From positions 62,001 through 126,000 of the forward strand of contig PPNB01000018.1 of the NCBI GenBank assembly GCA_003707115.1: a stretch of DNA of 64,000 bases, given 5' to 3'. Below the pieces are notes generated by a model. It worked only from the letters and a program-made list of their open reading frames with translations. It ran no database searches and was not told the DNA's origin. A program made the position numbers and the translations under genes. This DNA comes from Tortispora ganteri (lineage: Eukaryota). Shown here piece by piece: positions 33,261 to 43,566 of this stretch (position 1 is its first letter; each line of letters begins with the position of its first letter).

Positions 33261-35954
33261 ATGGTTTTAATTAACGGACAGCAGGTAGTTACTGCTGAAG
33301 AGCAGAGAACTCAGCTTAACTTGGAAAAACCCTCCAAATGGAAGAAGTGGGGCCCTTATCTCAGCGAGAGACAGTGGGCCACTGTTCGCGAGGACTACTC
33401 CTCGAATGGTGACGCATGGGGCGCGTTCCCTCACTCTCAAGCACCGTCGCGCGCTTACAGATGGGGTGAGGATGGTATTGCAGGCGTTTCTGATGATCGT
33501 CAGCGATTGTGTATTTCTTTTGCGTTCTGGAACGAAAAAGATCCCATTCTCAAGGAGCGTCTCTTCGGTCTTACTGGTCATGAAGGTAATCATGGTGAAG
33601 ATGTGAAGGAGCTTTATTATTATCTTGATAACGTTCCTTCTCACTCCTACATGAAATACCTTTACAAGTATCCTCAATCTGAATACCCCTATCAACAGCT
33701 TGTAGACGCTGCTAAGTCTCGCAACCGTCTACAGCCTGAGTATGAGCTTTCTGATACTGGTATCTTCAATGATAATAAGTTTTTTGACTGCTTTGTGGAA
33801 ATGGCCAAGGACGATTCTAATTCCGAAGAACTCAACTTTAAAGTCACTTGCACTAACCGTTCTGCTCAACCTGCTCCACTTCATGTGCTTGTTCAAGTTT
33901 ACTTCCGTAACACCTGGGTCTGGGACGGTAAGAATCCATGTGCTTCCGCTTCGAAACTGGATGACCATACTGTGAAGCTTCAGCATAATGATATGGGTCA
34001 GTACAAGTTCCAAGTAGTTGATGCCTCAATTGGAAATGTTAAACCGGAGCTTCTTTTCACCGACAACGAGACAAATTTCTTGAAACTGTTTGGTCAGCCT
34101 AACCGAACCCCCTATGTCAAGGACGCTTTTCATGAGCGTATTATCCACGGTAAGACCGAAGCTGTTAACCCGAATAACACCGGAACTAAATCAGCTGCCT
34201 GGTTTAAGTTTTCGGGTGAACAGAAAGTTCCTGCTGGTGAGTCTGCTGTAATTCGATGCCGCCTTTCTAACGTCGATAGTACAGCTACTCCTGTGACTGC
34301 CGAAGCTATTGAAAATGTGATTTCGTCCCGTAAGAAAGAGGCTGACGAGTTTTATGGAACTATATGCCGTGCCAATGTTTCTCCAGACTTGAAGAATATT
34401 CAAAGACAAGCGTTTTCTGGTCTGTTGTGGGGTCTCCAATTCTACAATTTGGTCTATTCTCAATGGATAAATGGTGATAAGAGTATGCCTCCACCCCCTG
34501 AGTCGCGAAAGCAGCTACGTAACATGCGTTGGAAACATATTCACATGGAGGATGTTCTCTCTATGCCTGATAAATGGGAGTATCCGTTCTTTGCTGCATG
34601 GGATCTAGCATTCCATTGTCTTCCTATTGCGATGATTGACCCTGGTTTAGCCAAACGTCAACTGCTTATGATGACCAGAGAGTTTTACATGCATCCTAAC
34701 GGACAGATTCCTGCGTATGAGTGGAACTTCTCTGATGTCAATCCTCCAGTGCATGCGTGGTCTGCATTGCGTATTTACGAAATCGAGAGAGAAGTGTATG
34801 GCCGTGAAGATCCCCATTTCCTTGCAAGAATCTTCCAAAAGTTGTTGATGAACTTTACATGGTGGATTAATACGAAAGATCCCGATGGAAACTTCTTGTA
34901 CGAGGGTGGATTTCTTGGCCTTGATAACATTGGACTTTTCAATCGTTCAGAAGACCTGCCTACTGGCGGTGTTTTGGAACAGGCTGATGCTACTGGATGG
35001 ATGGGATTTTATTGCTGCTGCATGCTGAAGATCGCATTGATTTTGACAAAAACACGTCCTGCCTACCAGGATATTTGCTGCAAGTTTTTTGAGCATTTCC
35101 TTTACATTGCGGACGCTATTTCATTCAACGGAACTGATATGCCACTATGGGATGAGAAAGATGGATTCTACTATGATTTTATTGTGAAGCACGACATTAA
35201 AAGTCGTGAGCCTATTCCTGTTCGATCTTTTGTAGGTTTTATTCCTCTCTTTGCAGTTGGCATTATTGAAAAGGAAGACCTGGAGAGAAATCCTGAGCTT
35301 GCTGCCAGACTTGAATGGTTCAAGGTGAACAAGCCTGATCTGATTGACCGAAACATTCAGACGCTTGCTGTTACTGGAAAGAACGATCGACTGATGTTAT
35401 CCCTTGTTCCGAAGGACCGTTTAGTTCGAGTGTTGAAGTACATGCTCGACGAAAGTGAATTTTTGTCGCAGTATGGTATCCGCTCGCTTTCTAAGTATCA
35501 TGAATACCACCCGTATTCGCGTGTTGTGAACGGAGAGAAGTATGAGGTCAACTTTGTTCCTGGTGACTCTGACAGCGGATTGTTTGGCGGTAACTCCAAC
35601 TGGAGGGGACCTGTGTGGATTCCTACGACGTATTTGCTTCTGGAATCTCTTGAGAAATTTTATGAATACTATGGTGATAGTCTCAAGGTTGCGTTCCCTA
35701 CTGGAAGTCAGAACCGCATTGATTTGCATGGTGTTTGCAAGGAAGTTAGTAATCGTCTTGTCTCAATTTTTGCGCAAGACAGCGACGGCAGACGGGCATA
35801 CAGTGGGGGCAACGACTTGTTTGACAAGAATGAGCATTTCCGGGACCATGTATTATTCTACGAATACTTCCATGCGGACAACGGTCGCGGTATTGGAGCG
35901 TCGCACCAGACAGGCTGGACGGCTCTGATTGCGAAAGTTATCGAGAACAAGTAG
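33261..35954 (+). CDS. GH63/MGH1-like glycoside hydrolase (YMR196W-like)
   Basis: WGPYLSERQWATVREDYS, EGNHGEDVKE, MPDKWEYPFFAAWDLAFH, GGNSNWRGPVW, GASHQTGWT. Confidence 0.9.
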   Translation: MVLINGQQVVTAEEQRTQLNLEKPSKWKKWGPYLSERQWATVREDYSSNGDAWGAFPHSQAPSRAYRWGEDGIAGVSDDRQRLCISFAFWNEKDPILKERLFGLTGHEGNHGEDVKELYYYLDNVPSHSYMKYLYKYPQSEYPYQQLVDAAKSRNRLQPEYELSDTGIFNDNKFFDCFVEMAKDDSNSEELNFKVTCTNRSAQPAPLHVLVQVYFRNTWVWDGKNPCASASKLDDHTVKLQHNDMGQYKFQVVDASIGNVKPELLFTDNETNFLKLFGQPNRTPYVKDAFHERIIHGKTEAVNPNNTGTKSAAWFKFSGEQKVPAGESAVIRCRLSNVDSTATPVTAEAIENVISSRKKEADEFYGTICRANVSPDLKNIQRQAFSGLLWGLQFYNLVYSQWINGDKSMPPPPESRKQLRNMRWKHIHMEDVLSMPDKWEYPFFAAWDLAFHCLPIAMIDPGLAKRQLLMMTREFYMHPNGQIPAYEWNFSDVNPPVHAWSALRIYEIEREVYGREDPHFLARIFQKLLMNFTWWINTKDPDGNFLYEGGFLGLDNIGLFNRSEDLPTGGVLEQADATGWMGFYCCCMLKIALILTKTRPAYQDICCKFFEHFLYIADAISFNGTDMPLWDEKDGFYYDFIVKHDIKSREPIPVRSFVGFIPLFAVGIIEKEDLERNPELAARLEWFKVNKPDLIDRNIQTLAVTGKNDRLMLSLVPKDRLVRVLKYMLDESEFLSQYGIRSLSKYHEYHPYSRVVNGEKYEVNFVPGDSDSGLFGGNSNWRGPVWIPTTYLLLESLEKFYEYYGDSLKVAFPTGSQNRIDLHGVCKEVSNRLVSIFAQDSDGRRAYSGGNDLFDKNEHFRDHVLFYEYFHADNGRGIGASHQTGWTALIAKVIENK

Positions 35955-36074
35955 CTGGCGTTAAGAAAACGGGTAAACCGGTACAGATAGTAATTGATTG
36001 TTTGGCAATATAAGCCTATTAATTTTGACATTATTTAATGCCTAAATGCATTAGACTATTAGTTTTGGAACTAT

Positions 36075-36152
36075 TTCGAGACTTCGAGACTTCGAGACTT
36101 CGAGACTTCGAGACTTCGAGACTTCGAGACTTCGAGACTTCGAGACTTCGAG
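36075..36152. repeat. Perfect 8-bp tandem repeat (TTCGAGAC)x9 plus partial unit
   Basis: Read directly from the sequence. Confidence 0.97.
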
Positions 36153-36290
36153 CCATTTTGAGCCATTTTAAACTATTTCGTGCCATTTTGAACTAGTTTG
36201 AACTATTTGAACTATTTCGTGCCATTTTGAATTAGTTTGAACTATTTTGAACTATTTTGTGCCATTTTGAATTAGTTTGAACTAGTTTAA
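36153..36290. repeat. Degenerate ~10-bp tandem array (CCATTTTGAA / CTAGTTTGAA / CTATTTCGTG) with ~40-bp higher-order period
   Basis: Recurring GTGCCATTTTGAA..AGTTTGAACTA blocks near 36180, 36219 and 36259. Confidence 0.85.
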
Positions 36291-36585
36291 TGCCAATAGT
36301 GCTAGTGAGCGCCGCGTAAGTATTTACTTAACCCAGATAGCGAATTGGGCTTAGACGCATTGAAACCGCTATTGGCCTCAAAATTGCACAAAATATCTTA
36401 TTTATGTTGATGCTATAGTAGTAACTTTTATGGTTTAGTGGAAGAATGTGTAATGTATATGTGAAGTTCATAACGTAATTTGTTGTGTCAAAGCGTACGA
36501 TACAAAACTTTTAAGGTTGGAATTAAACTTTAAGTTTTTAACTACAATCACAATAGATAACAGAAACAACGCTTATTGTAATGCA

Positions 36586-36634
36586 AGTGGTAGTACTATA
36601 TACCGAGTGGTAGTATTATAGACCGAGTGGTAGT
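36586..36634. repeat. 20-bp tandem repeat AGTGGTAGTAYTATAKACCG x ~2.5
   Basis: Copies at 36586, 36606 and partial at 36626. Confidence 0.85.
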
Positions 36635-39534
36635 GTTTGATTGGTAAGAGTTGTACAGTTCATAAAAGATTTATAGCATAAGAAAAACTAATTAAACTTT
36701 CAAGGTACAGATTTAGCGTACTAATTATGAGTCAAGGGGGTAAGAAGTTATAGAAGATAGATTGTAGAGTAATTATTAATTTAGTAATAGCGTTTAAAAA
36801 TTAATCTCAATTACAGTTTATTGACAAAACAAGTAATGTAACAACAGGGACATTAACCCTATATGTGATATGACAGAGAAATACTGTAATATTATGAAAT
36901 GTTTTAAGACAGCTGTCAAGATATACTTGAGAACGTGTTGATTTGAGTTTAATGGTCTAGTGCATAAGTCTTGTTAGTTTTACAAGTTTTTAATAGGTTG
37001 CCATATAACGATAAGAAAAATATAAGAGTTGTTGGCTCTAAGAGATGCTTTAGAAGTACAAGTATTTGCGCGATCGAACTTTACTACTGACGGTTTTAAT
37101 AGTTATGAACAGAGGTCTACAAATAAAATCTATATTAAAGACAGTAATACAAAGATGGTCTTTATTTCGAAAGCCAGATGTATTAATCGATCGCATGTCG
37201 GAGTAGATACAAAGCTGATACCTAATACAATGAATAAAAAGCTAAATGATTAAACGAACCAGTTGAATTAAGACTATTTACACTGTAATTTAACGCAAGA
37301 TAAAGTTAAGGTAAAGTGGCTGAGATGGCGTCCCTTTGCGCGTGGAAAGGCACATCTTCATGAACCTTGGCCGTTAAATACTACGCTTTTCAAAAGATGA
37401 ACGGCTAACTTGTCGTTTGAGAATTGTCCAATTGCAAGAACAACATACATGAACTACATCGATCGTTACGAACATTACAAAAGGTGCAAGCATATATATA
37501 TTCATTTTGGTTTATTTGTTAGTTATTTTTGGCATTAAACGTAGATCGAGTCAAAAAAAAAAAAAAGAAAAAGAAAAAAAAAAGCCAAAAAAAATGAAAC
37601 TAAATAAGGCTATTGCGTATGGCTGAGAAAAAAGAATTGACTTAATGTCTAAAACAAGATTAAAGTTTCCCATCGATCTAAATTCTTTCAAAAGTCATGT
37701 TGATGTACCAGGCCAGAGAATAAATTGTGATTATATGTACCAATCTAAAGTTATTCAGCACCAATTTCCTTGCTAAAATACATAGGGGCTTTGAGAAAGC
37801 AAAAAAATTTGAGAAAATTTCGAAAAAAAGCCTCAAGAATTTGGATCTGCAGCGTGTAACCGGACGCCGATCGGACCGAATATACTAAGACAAGATGATG
37901 ATAAGAAGTTTTCTTAGATTTAGCTTCTATTTTTGATTTCAAATTCTGCTTTGGTTGCCCAAAAAGTTTTTAAAAAATTCTTACGTTATGTTAGGCCCGT
38001 TAAATAATAATCGATTCCATTAGGTCTCAGATTCAATCGAGTTTTGAACAATGCGTACCACATGACTCTTTACAGGTGGGTTTTCCACATAATAAACCAA
38101 ACATTACACCAATCATGTCACCTAACTTTTCAAAACCAGCCGCAATATTAATGAGATGATCGTCTCGTTTAGTTAAGTATGCCAGTAGGGTTAGCGTCTA
38201 ATTAATTAATTGGACTATTCATTGAAGATGCTTTGGCTAATTTACAAGGATCAGAGAGGTTTAATTTAATGTATTTTAGCCGATACTTCACCAAAGTAAG
38301 CCCCAATTATACGATTAAAAGAACACATCACAATCACAAGTAGCGAATTTATTAAATGCACTGTACCCAGCAATGGCTCTAACAAGGACTGTAGGGTTAT
38401 TTCATTGCTATTTGTTTATAATAGCTATTTGATGGTGTCGATAATTGTCTAAATATAGACAATACAAGCAAGCGGCTTTGCACTGTGTTTGACTCTAGAT
38501 TCTATTGCACCAGAATTAAAAAAAAAAAATAAAAACCTTGCTTTGTTCCAGAAGACTAACAGCGCAAGACGTGTATAAACGCATAAAACTAACATTTAGG
38601 CCGATCTATAAGTCTCTATGCTTTTGCAACGACACACTAAAACAAGTAAATGGCTTGGTTTAAATCTGTTCCGTTTAATGGTCTACTCAGCCATTGTTGA
38701 AAAAGTGAAACCTTATTTTGATTAAGGCTTTTGAGTCTATTTAAAATCGCTGCTAGTCTTATTATTAACCCCATGAAAGTTTGAGGTTCAACTAAGCTTA
38801 AACTTTAAAAAACACACATCTAATCAATTGTCCCTTTTCTGTTATATAATAGAACACAATCTCATGTTTTTATTTCCCCCATCTTCCCCGCCTTCAAACT
38901 GTGAATCTGTACAAATTACAAAGCAATCAGACTGTACTTTGCGTGCTAATTGTTCGATTCTAAAAAACAGCCTCACCTTGTTTAAATCTCAGTTGAATTG
39001 TCTCGTCCAGCCATTCTTTCCTTTGGCAGACACCTACACATCCACACACAGGAGTACCCGCACAAACCCTTGAACTCAATAGAACCCAGTAACACCATTA
39101 TCACCGCTCGCCTTTCGTTTTCCTTTCTGATCTCATTAGCGGCACCCAAAAAGTTGCCACTGCCCGGTTTTCTTCTTATCACACCCATTTCTGTTCTGTT
39201 CACTACAGGAAAGGAAAACCGCTTAGCGTTGGCCTTTCATTAAAACTATATACCGCTCCCAACCTTCCCCCCCCTCTTCAGCGCTATACAGCACTCCTGA
39301 CGCTATCTTCGCTCGGATCACTTTCCTTTTCTGGATCGTTCCAGTCTCTTGGTTTGTGCCGTGAGAAATTACTTTTATTGTTCTCCCGCACACTCCTTTG
39401 GCTCTCTTTTTTCTTTTCTCCAGCTCATTTCTCAATCTGCCGCCTCTTCTCCTCCCTCTTCAACCATCCTTCAGCGCCCCGTCCCACAAGTCTGATCCCG
39501 CGACCGCTAGTTGCCCTCGTCCGCTGATCTCCTC

Positions 39535-41232
39535 ATGTCTTCAGATTCTCCACCAGCTGCTTCCATATCCGCGAACCACATCGACTCAGATAACGATATT
39601 CAGAGTAGTTCTTCGGCAGACGATCAGTCCGTCCCAGATGCAAGCGATCTTTCTCCCGATGATGAGCAGAAAATAGAACAAATATCTAAGGAACTCGGCC
39701 TCGTCGCCACCCCGTCCAGGACTAACAAAATACCGCGCCCCAGAAACGCGTTCATACTCTTCCGTCAGTATAATTACATCCGTGTTCAAGCAAATCACCC
39801 TGACAAAAACCTCCCGGATATATCAAAGATCGTCGGCCAGCTGTGGAAGGAGCTCGATCCAAAGGAAAAGGCTGTCTGGCACCGACTCAGCCTCAAAGAG
39901 AAAAAGGCCCACGAAGAAAAGTTCCCAGAATACAAATACCGTCCTCGACGCCAGTACCGTGCCTCTCGTGACGAATCACTAACCACATACGATGAAACTA
40001 GAGCTCCAAGATCGATCGCCAAAGCCATTCCTGCTGTAAATACCTGGAATCAACTGCCTGACTGCAATACTCTTGCTAGATTTCATTCGTCTCATCCGTC
40101 AGTCGTCGCCGCCGTCTCGTCAGCTCCTACACCCGTCGCTGCTTCCGCCACTACACCCGGTTCAGTGGCCCAATATCCCTTCCATCCAAACTTCCAGCCT
40201 GGCCGGCCCCCGTCTCCTCCTAAATCTTCCGTGGTTTCTGCTCATATGCACGGCTCTCATGCCTCGCTCTACCCAGAAACGGTTTCCAGGTGGCCTACTA
40301 CCAGGGTCGGATACGCTCCTTATCCAGCATACCCTCCAGAGTCTATCCCTTTTCAGTCTTCGCCCTACACAATGCATCCGGTCCAATCTGGATTTATGCC
40401 TCACAATGCCTCCCGGACACACCAGAATCCAGTAGCTCACCAGGCGACCGGTCCAATCATCTGGCACTCTAGACCTAGTGCGGCCTTCGCCCCTTACCCC
40501 ACTAGCGCCCAGTTGTCTCCTTCTTATGCAAAACAAGAGCAAAACCGGCTTCCTCCGTTACATTCAAATTCCAACGCTAATAGCGATGGTTCCGGTAACG
40601 TAACGCTGCCGCCTATGCATCCTCTGCCGGATAAAGGATCGTGCACTGCTTCACCTCCGCTTGCTGCATCCAACCTCCGCGCCAGCCCGCTCTACCGTCT
40701 GATTGCCGAAATCGACAACGTAATGGTTGCAGCAGGTGCTACTTCTGGAAAACTTATTGCTCTAGAATCTAGTACGGCTAACCAGAGCACAGAGGAGTTT
40801 GTCAAAAAACTTCTGCAGTCTATTCCGCATCTCGTGCACCTTGATGGAGGGGAGTACCTGAAAAATCTCCGCGAAAAGTTCCAGGCTCCGACGAACGAAA
40901 TCACGGAACAGTGTGCGTTTATCCAGCAGGTACTTGCAGTGCACTACATGTGCGCTGATGTGACGAAAGCATTAAACAACGGGAATAATGTCCTGGTTAC
41001 CAGTTACGTGCACTCTATGTCTTACCAGCGATATATCAGGGGTGCCAATCCTACGTCGTTGGCGATACCGTTCATGAATACACTGATGCCTACCGCCTAT
41101 GTTATGACATTTGATGAACTGGTGTCTCCCTCTGCTGAAACACTGCCTAGCGGTTGTAAATTATTTGTTATGAATCGGCAATCGCAGAATGCTGACTTCT
41201 GCGTGCAAGAGATATGCTATCTACTAAAATAA
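39535..41232 (+). CDS. Sequence-specific HMG-box transcription factor (Rox1/Rfg1-like) with C-terminal globular domain
   Basis: KIPRPRNAFILFRQ...ISKIVGQLWKEL...HEEKFPEYKYRPRR; Pro/Ser-rich middle; first ATG 39535. Confidence 0.88.
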   Translation: MSSDSPPAASISANHIDSDNDIQSSSSADDQSVPDASDLSPDDEQKIEQISKELGLVATPSRTNKIPRPRNAFILFRQYNYIRVQANHPDKNLPDISKIVGQLWKELDPKEKAVWHRLSLKEKKAHEEKFPEYKYRPRRQYRASRDESLTTYDETRAPRSIAKAIPAVNTWNQLPDCNTLARFHSSHPSVVAAVSSAPTPVAASATTPGSVAQYPFHPNFQPGRPPSPPKSSVVSAHMHGSHASLYPETVSRWPTTRVGYAPYPAYPPESIPFQSSPYTMHPVQSGFMPHNASRTHQNPVAHQATGPIIWHSRPSAAFAPYPTSAQLSPSYAKQEQNRLPPLHSNSNANSDGSGNVTLPPMHPLPDKGSCTASPPLAASNLRASPLYRLIAEIDNVMVAAGATSGKLIALESSTANQSTEEFVKKLLQSIPHLVHLDGGEYLKNLREKFQAPTNEITEQCAFIQQVLAVHYMCADVTKALNNGNNVLVTSYVHSMSYQRYIRGANPTSLAIPFMNTLMPTAYVMTFDELVSPSAETLPSGCKLFVMNRQSQNADFCVQEICYLLK

Positions 41233-41401
41233 TAGCAAGGCTGCCATCAAGGCCCTTCCGCTTATGTCTATTTGTACTATAAATGAGTTGCGGTGTCACT
41301 TGTTAGCACTCACTTACAGTTGTGACTGACTTTATGTTATTAATTACTTGGTTAATGAGATGGTATTATGTTATGACTCTGATATTATCGTTACATAGCA
41401 A

Positions 41402-43183
41402 TTAGTGGTAGTGGAGCCATATGTACGTGCCCAAACGGTACGCAATTATAATAGCGAACAGTATGCCGATCCATTGCTGGACGTGTCTATCGCCGAACCC
41501 AACTTCATCCAGTACGGCTTTACCGGCGATCTTGCACTGGTCCTGCAACTCTGATGTGTACATGCAGTGGCACTGTGAGTCGCAGTTGTATGTGCTGTTC
41601 TCAAATTGGTTAAACATCATACCCTGGAAAACGAAGCGCTGAAAGTCGATCCAGTAGAATGTGTAGTACCAGAATACATTGAGGATGTCTGCAGGCACGA
41701 GGAACCCACCGACACTCATCCATAGGCCATTCATAAAGGCCGTTAGTGCCAATGCAAGTACAAAGTTCTGAACAAGAGAGGTGATGAACACAACCAGGGA
41801 TTCGGCCGCGAGAAGGTCGATGAAGAGCCATAGCACGTAGGTAAAGAAGCCGCTACCGCTTAAACGGAAGTTAACCATGAAGTACGTCACAATAGAGAAG
41901 ATCAGCGTGATGAAGAACAGGAACGGCACAGCGATAATGAAATTAGAAATCAGAAAAGCAAATGGGCCGTAGAGACCATTGGCTCGTTCGCGCTTGAACG
42001 TGCGCAGGTCTTCTAAGAAGGAAGGAATATACGCAACCGCCATGAACGACATGAATGCGCCAGAAAAGAAGATCGCGTTAGTGAATGGCTGAATATAGTT
42101 CTGATCGTAATCGAGCCGAAGCCACACGGTGCCCATGAGGATAGCCAGGCCCAAATACATCGCTAGACGAACATGGTAAGCAAGAAGGTCGCGGGTGGAC
42201 TTCTTCATGAGCCGGCGCATCAAAATAAAGGAATGTCTTATCGGGGACAGAATTACGCTCACAGTCTCAATGTTGGAAGCACCGACGTCAAATTCTTTGC
42301 AAGTAGAGGGCGGATCGCCGAGCGCCTGGACGAACTGAATTTTCTTCTGGGTCCAGAGTGCAGTGAGATCGTCGACAGCGGTGCCTGAGTCTGCGAAGTC
42401 CTTGTTGATGAGTTCAAGCATATACTCGGAAGAAGAGAAGCCTTGTAAAGTCGGGTAGCCTGCGCGAGTGAGGTAGGAGTCTATTTCGGTAGTAGGACCG
42501 AAAAAGACAGTCTTGCCGCCGGACATAAAAGTGACGTAGTCGAACAGGTCGAGGGTGGAAGTGGAAGGCTGGTGAAGGGAGGTGATGACAATCATGTTAC
42601 GTTTAAGAGCAATAGACTTGACGTGAGACATTACCTCGTATGATGCCTTAGAGTCGAGACCACTGGTGGGTTCGTCCATGAAGAGGATATGCGGGGAAGT
42701 GATGATCTGAGATGCAGCAGAGAGTCTGCGTTTCTGACCGCCAGAGAGCGATTTGGAGAAAGGCGTGCCGACAAGTACATTGGCCTGGTCGCGCAGCCCA
42801 AAAGCGGCAATAAGCTCGAAGACAATTTCCTTGCAGGCGGAATTCGCAATGCCAGCGAGCTGCGCAGTGTAGTGTAGCGTCTCTTGCACGGTGAGGCTAC
42901 CGATGAGAGTGTCTTCTTGCTCGACGTACGAGGAGATGTTGCGAAAGTGAGTAGGTGAGCAGTAAACACCATCAACAAGGATAGTACCGTCGTGAACAAT
43001 CTTACTGCCGGCATTACGGCCAGCGAGGATGTTGAGCAGCGTTGTCTTGCCGCTGCCACTGGGACCCATTAGCGCGAGCATTTGACCACCTTTCAAGACA
43101 CCACTGGCGTCGTCGAGGATCGTTTTCGGTGGAGATCCAGGCACAATCGCAGTGATATCTTTCCAGGAAAAGCAATTAACCAT
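41402..43183 (-). CDS. ABCG (White-family) half-size transporter
   Basis: Walker A GPSGSGKT, signature LSGGQKRR, Walker B ILFMDEPTSGLD, C-terminal TMD with FKRERANGLY. Confidence 0.95.
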   Translation of the reverse strand: MVNCFSWKDITAIVPGSPPKTILDDASGVLKGGQMLALMGPSGSGKTTLLNILAGRNAGSKIVHDGTILVDGVYCSPTHFRNISSYVEQEDTLIGSLTVQETLHYTAQLAGIANSACKEIVFELIAAFGLRDQANVLVGTPFSKSLSGGQKRRLSAASQIITSPHILFMDEPTSGLDSKASYEVMSHVKSIALKRNMIVITSLHQPSTSTLDLFDYVTFMSGGKTVFFGPTTEIDSYLTRAGYPTLQGFSSSEYMLELINKDFADSGTAVDDLTALWTQKKIQFVQALGDPPSTCKEFDVGASNIETVSVILSPIRHSFILMRRLMKKSTRDLLAYHVRLAMYLGLAILMGTVWLRLDYDQNYIQPFTNAIFFSGAFMSFMAVAYIPSFLEDLRTFKRERANGLYGPFAFLISNFIIAVPFLFFITLIFSIVTYFMVNFRLSGSGFFTYVLWLFIDLLAAESLVVFITSLVQNFVLALALTAFMNGLWMSVGGFLVPADILNVFWYYTFYWIDFQRFVFQGMMFNQFENSTYNCDSQCHCMYTSELQDQCKIAGKAVLDEVGFGDRHVQQWIGILFAIIIAYRLGTYIWLHYH

Positions 43184-43566
43184 TTTACAGTAGTGTATGT
43201 AATCATACTGGCATATTTATAATCATTTTGATCAAGTAGATCGGTGATCAGGCAAACGCCGAGTGAGGTTCATGGTTGGGGAGCATATAGTACTCCCAAA
43301 GAAGCAATCACCGGTAAGCCGATCAATCCCCGAAAGATCTGCGGAATGATCCTCGAATATTCTCTATTAGACGCAGATAAATACCTCAATCAGTAATAAA
43401 TATTACTTTAAGTATTTTGATATAATTTTTATGTAAGTTATTTTAATTTTTGACAAAGCCCGTACAACTGTCCAGCCCTAGCCAATTAGTAAGTGAGTCC
43501 GTCTAAGTCCGATGGCATTTTCCCACCAGCAATAGCTTGCCTCCTGGCCCAATAACACACCGGACA

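Noticed and set aside
33261..35954. GH63 gene as recent horizontal transfer from bacteria
   Set aside because: The family is widespread in fungi, and the gene's composition looks like its neighbours'
36075..36290. Repeat array as CRISPR or telomere
   Set aside because: No unique spacers, eukaryotic context, internal position, and the unit is not a G-rich telomere-type repeat
36850..36865. TTAACCCTA as a telomerase RNA template
   Set aside because: The same motif occurs in many promoters here (Tbf1-like), and no supporting telomerase RNA structure was recognised
37029..39435. Short ORFs in the AT-rich gap
   Set aside because: Mostly non-ATG starts, low-complexity composition, no transposase or other domain motifs
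39535..41232. HMG gene as a mating-type (MAT) locus gene
   Set aside because: No SLA2/APN2/DIC1-type neighbours or partner homeodomain/alpha-box gene; size and architecture fit a Rox1/Rfg1-like regulator
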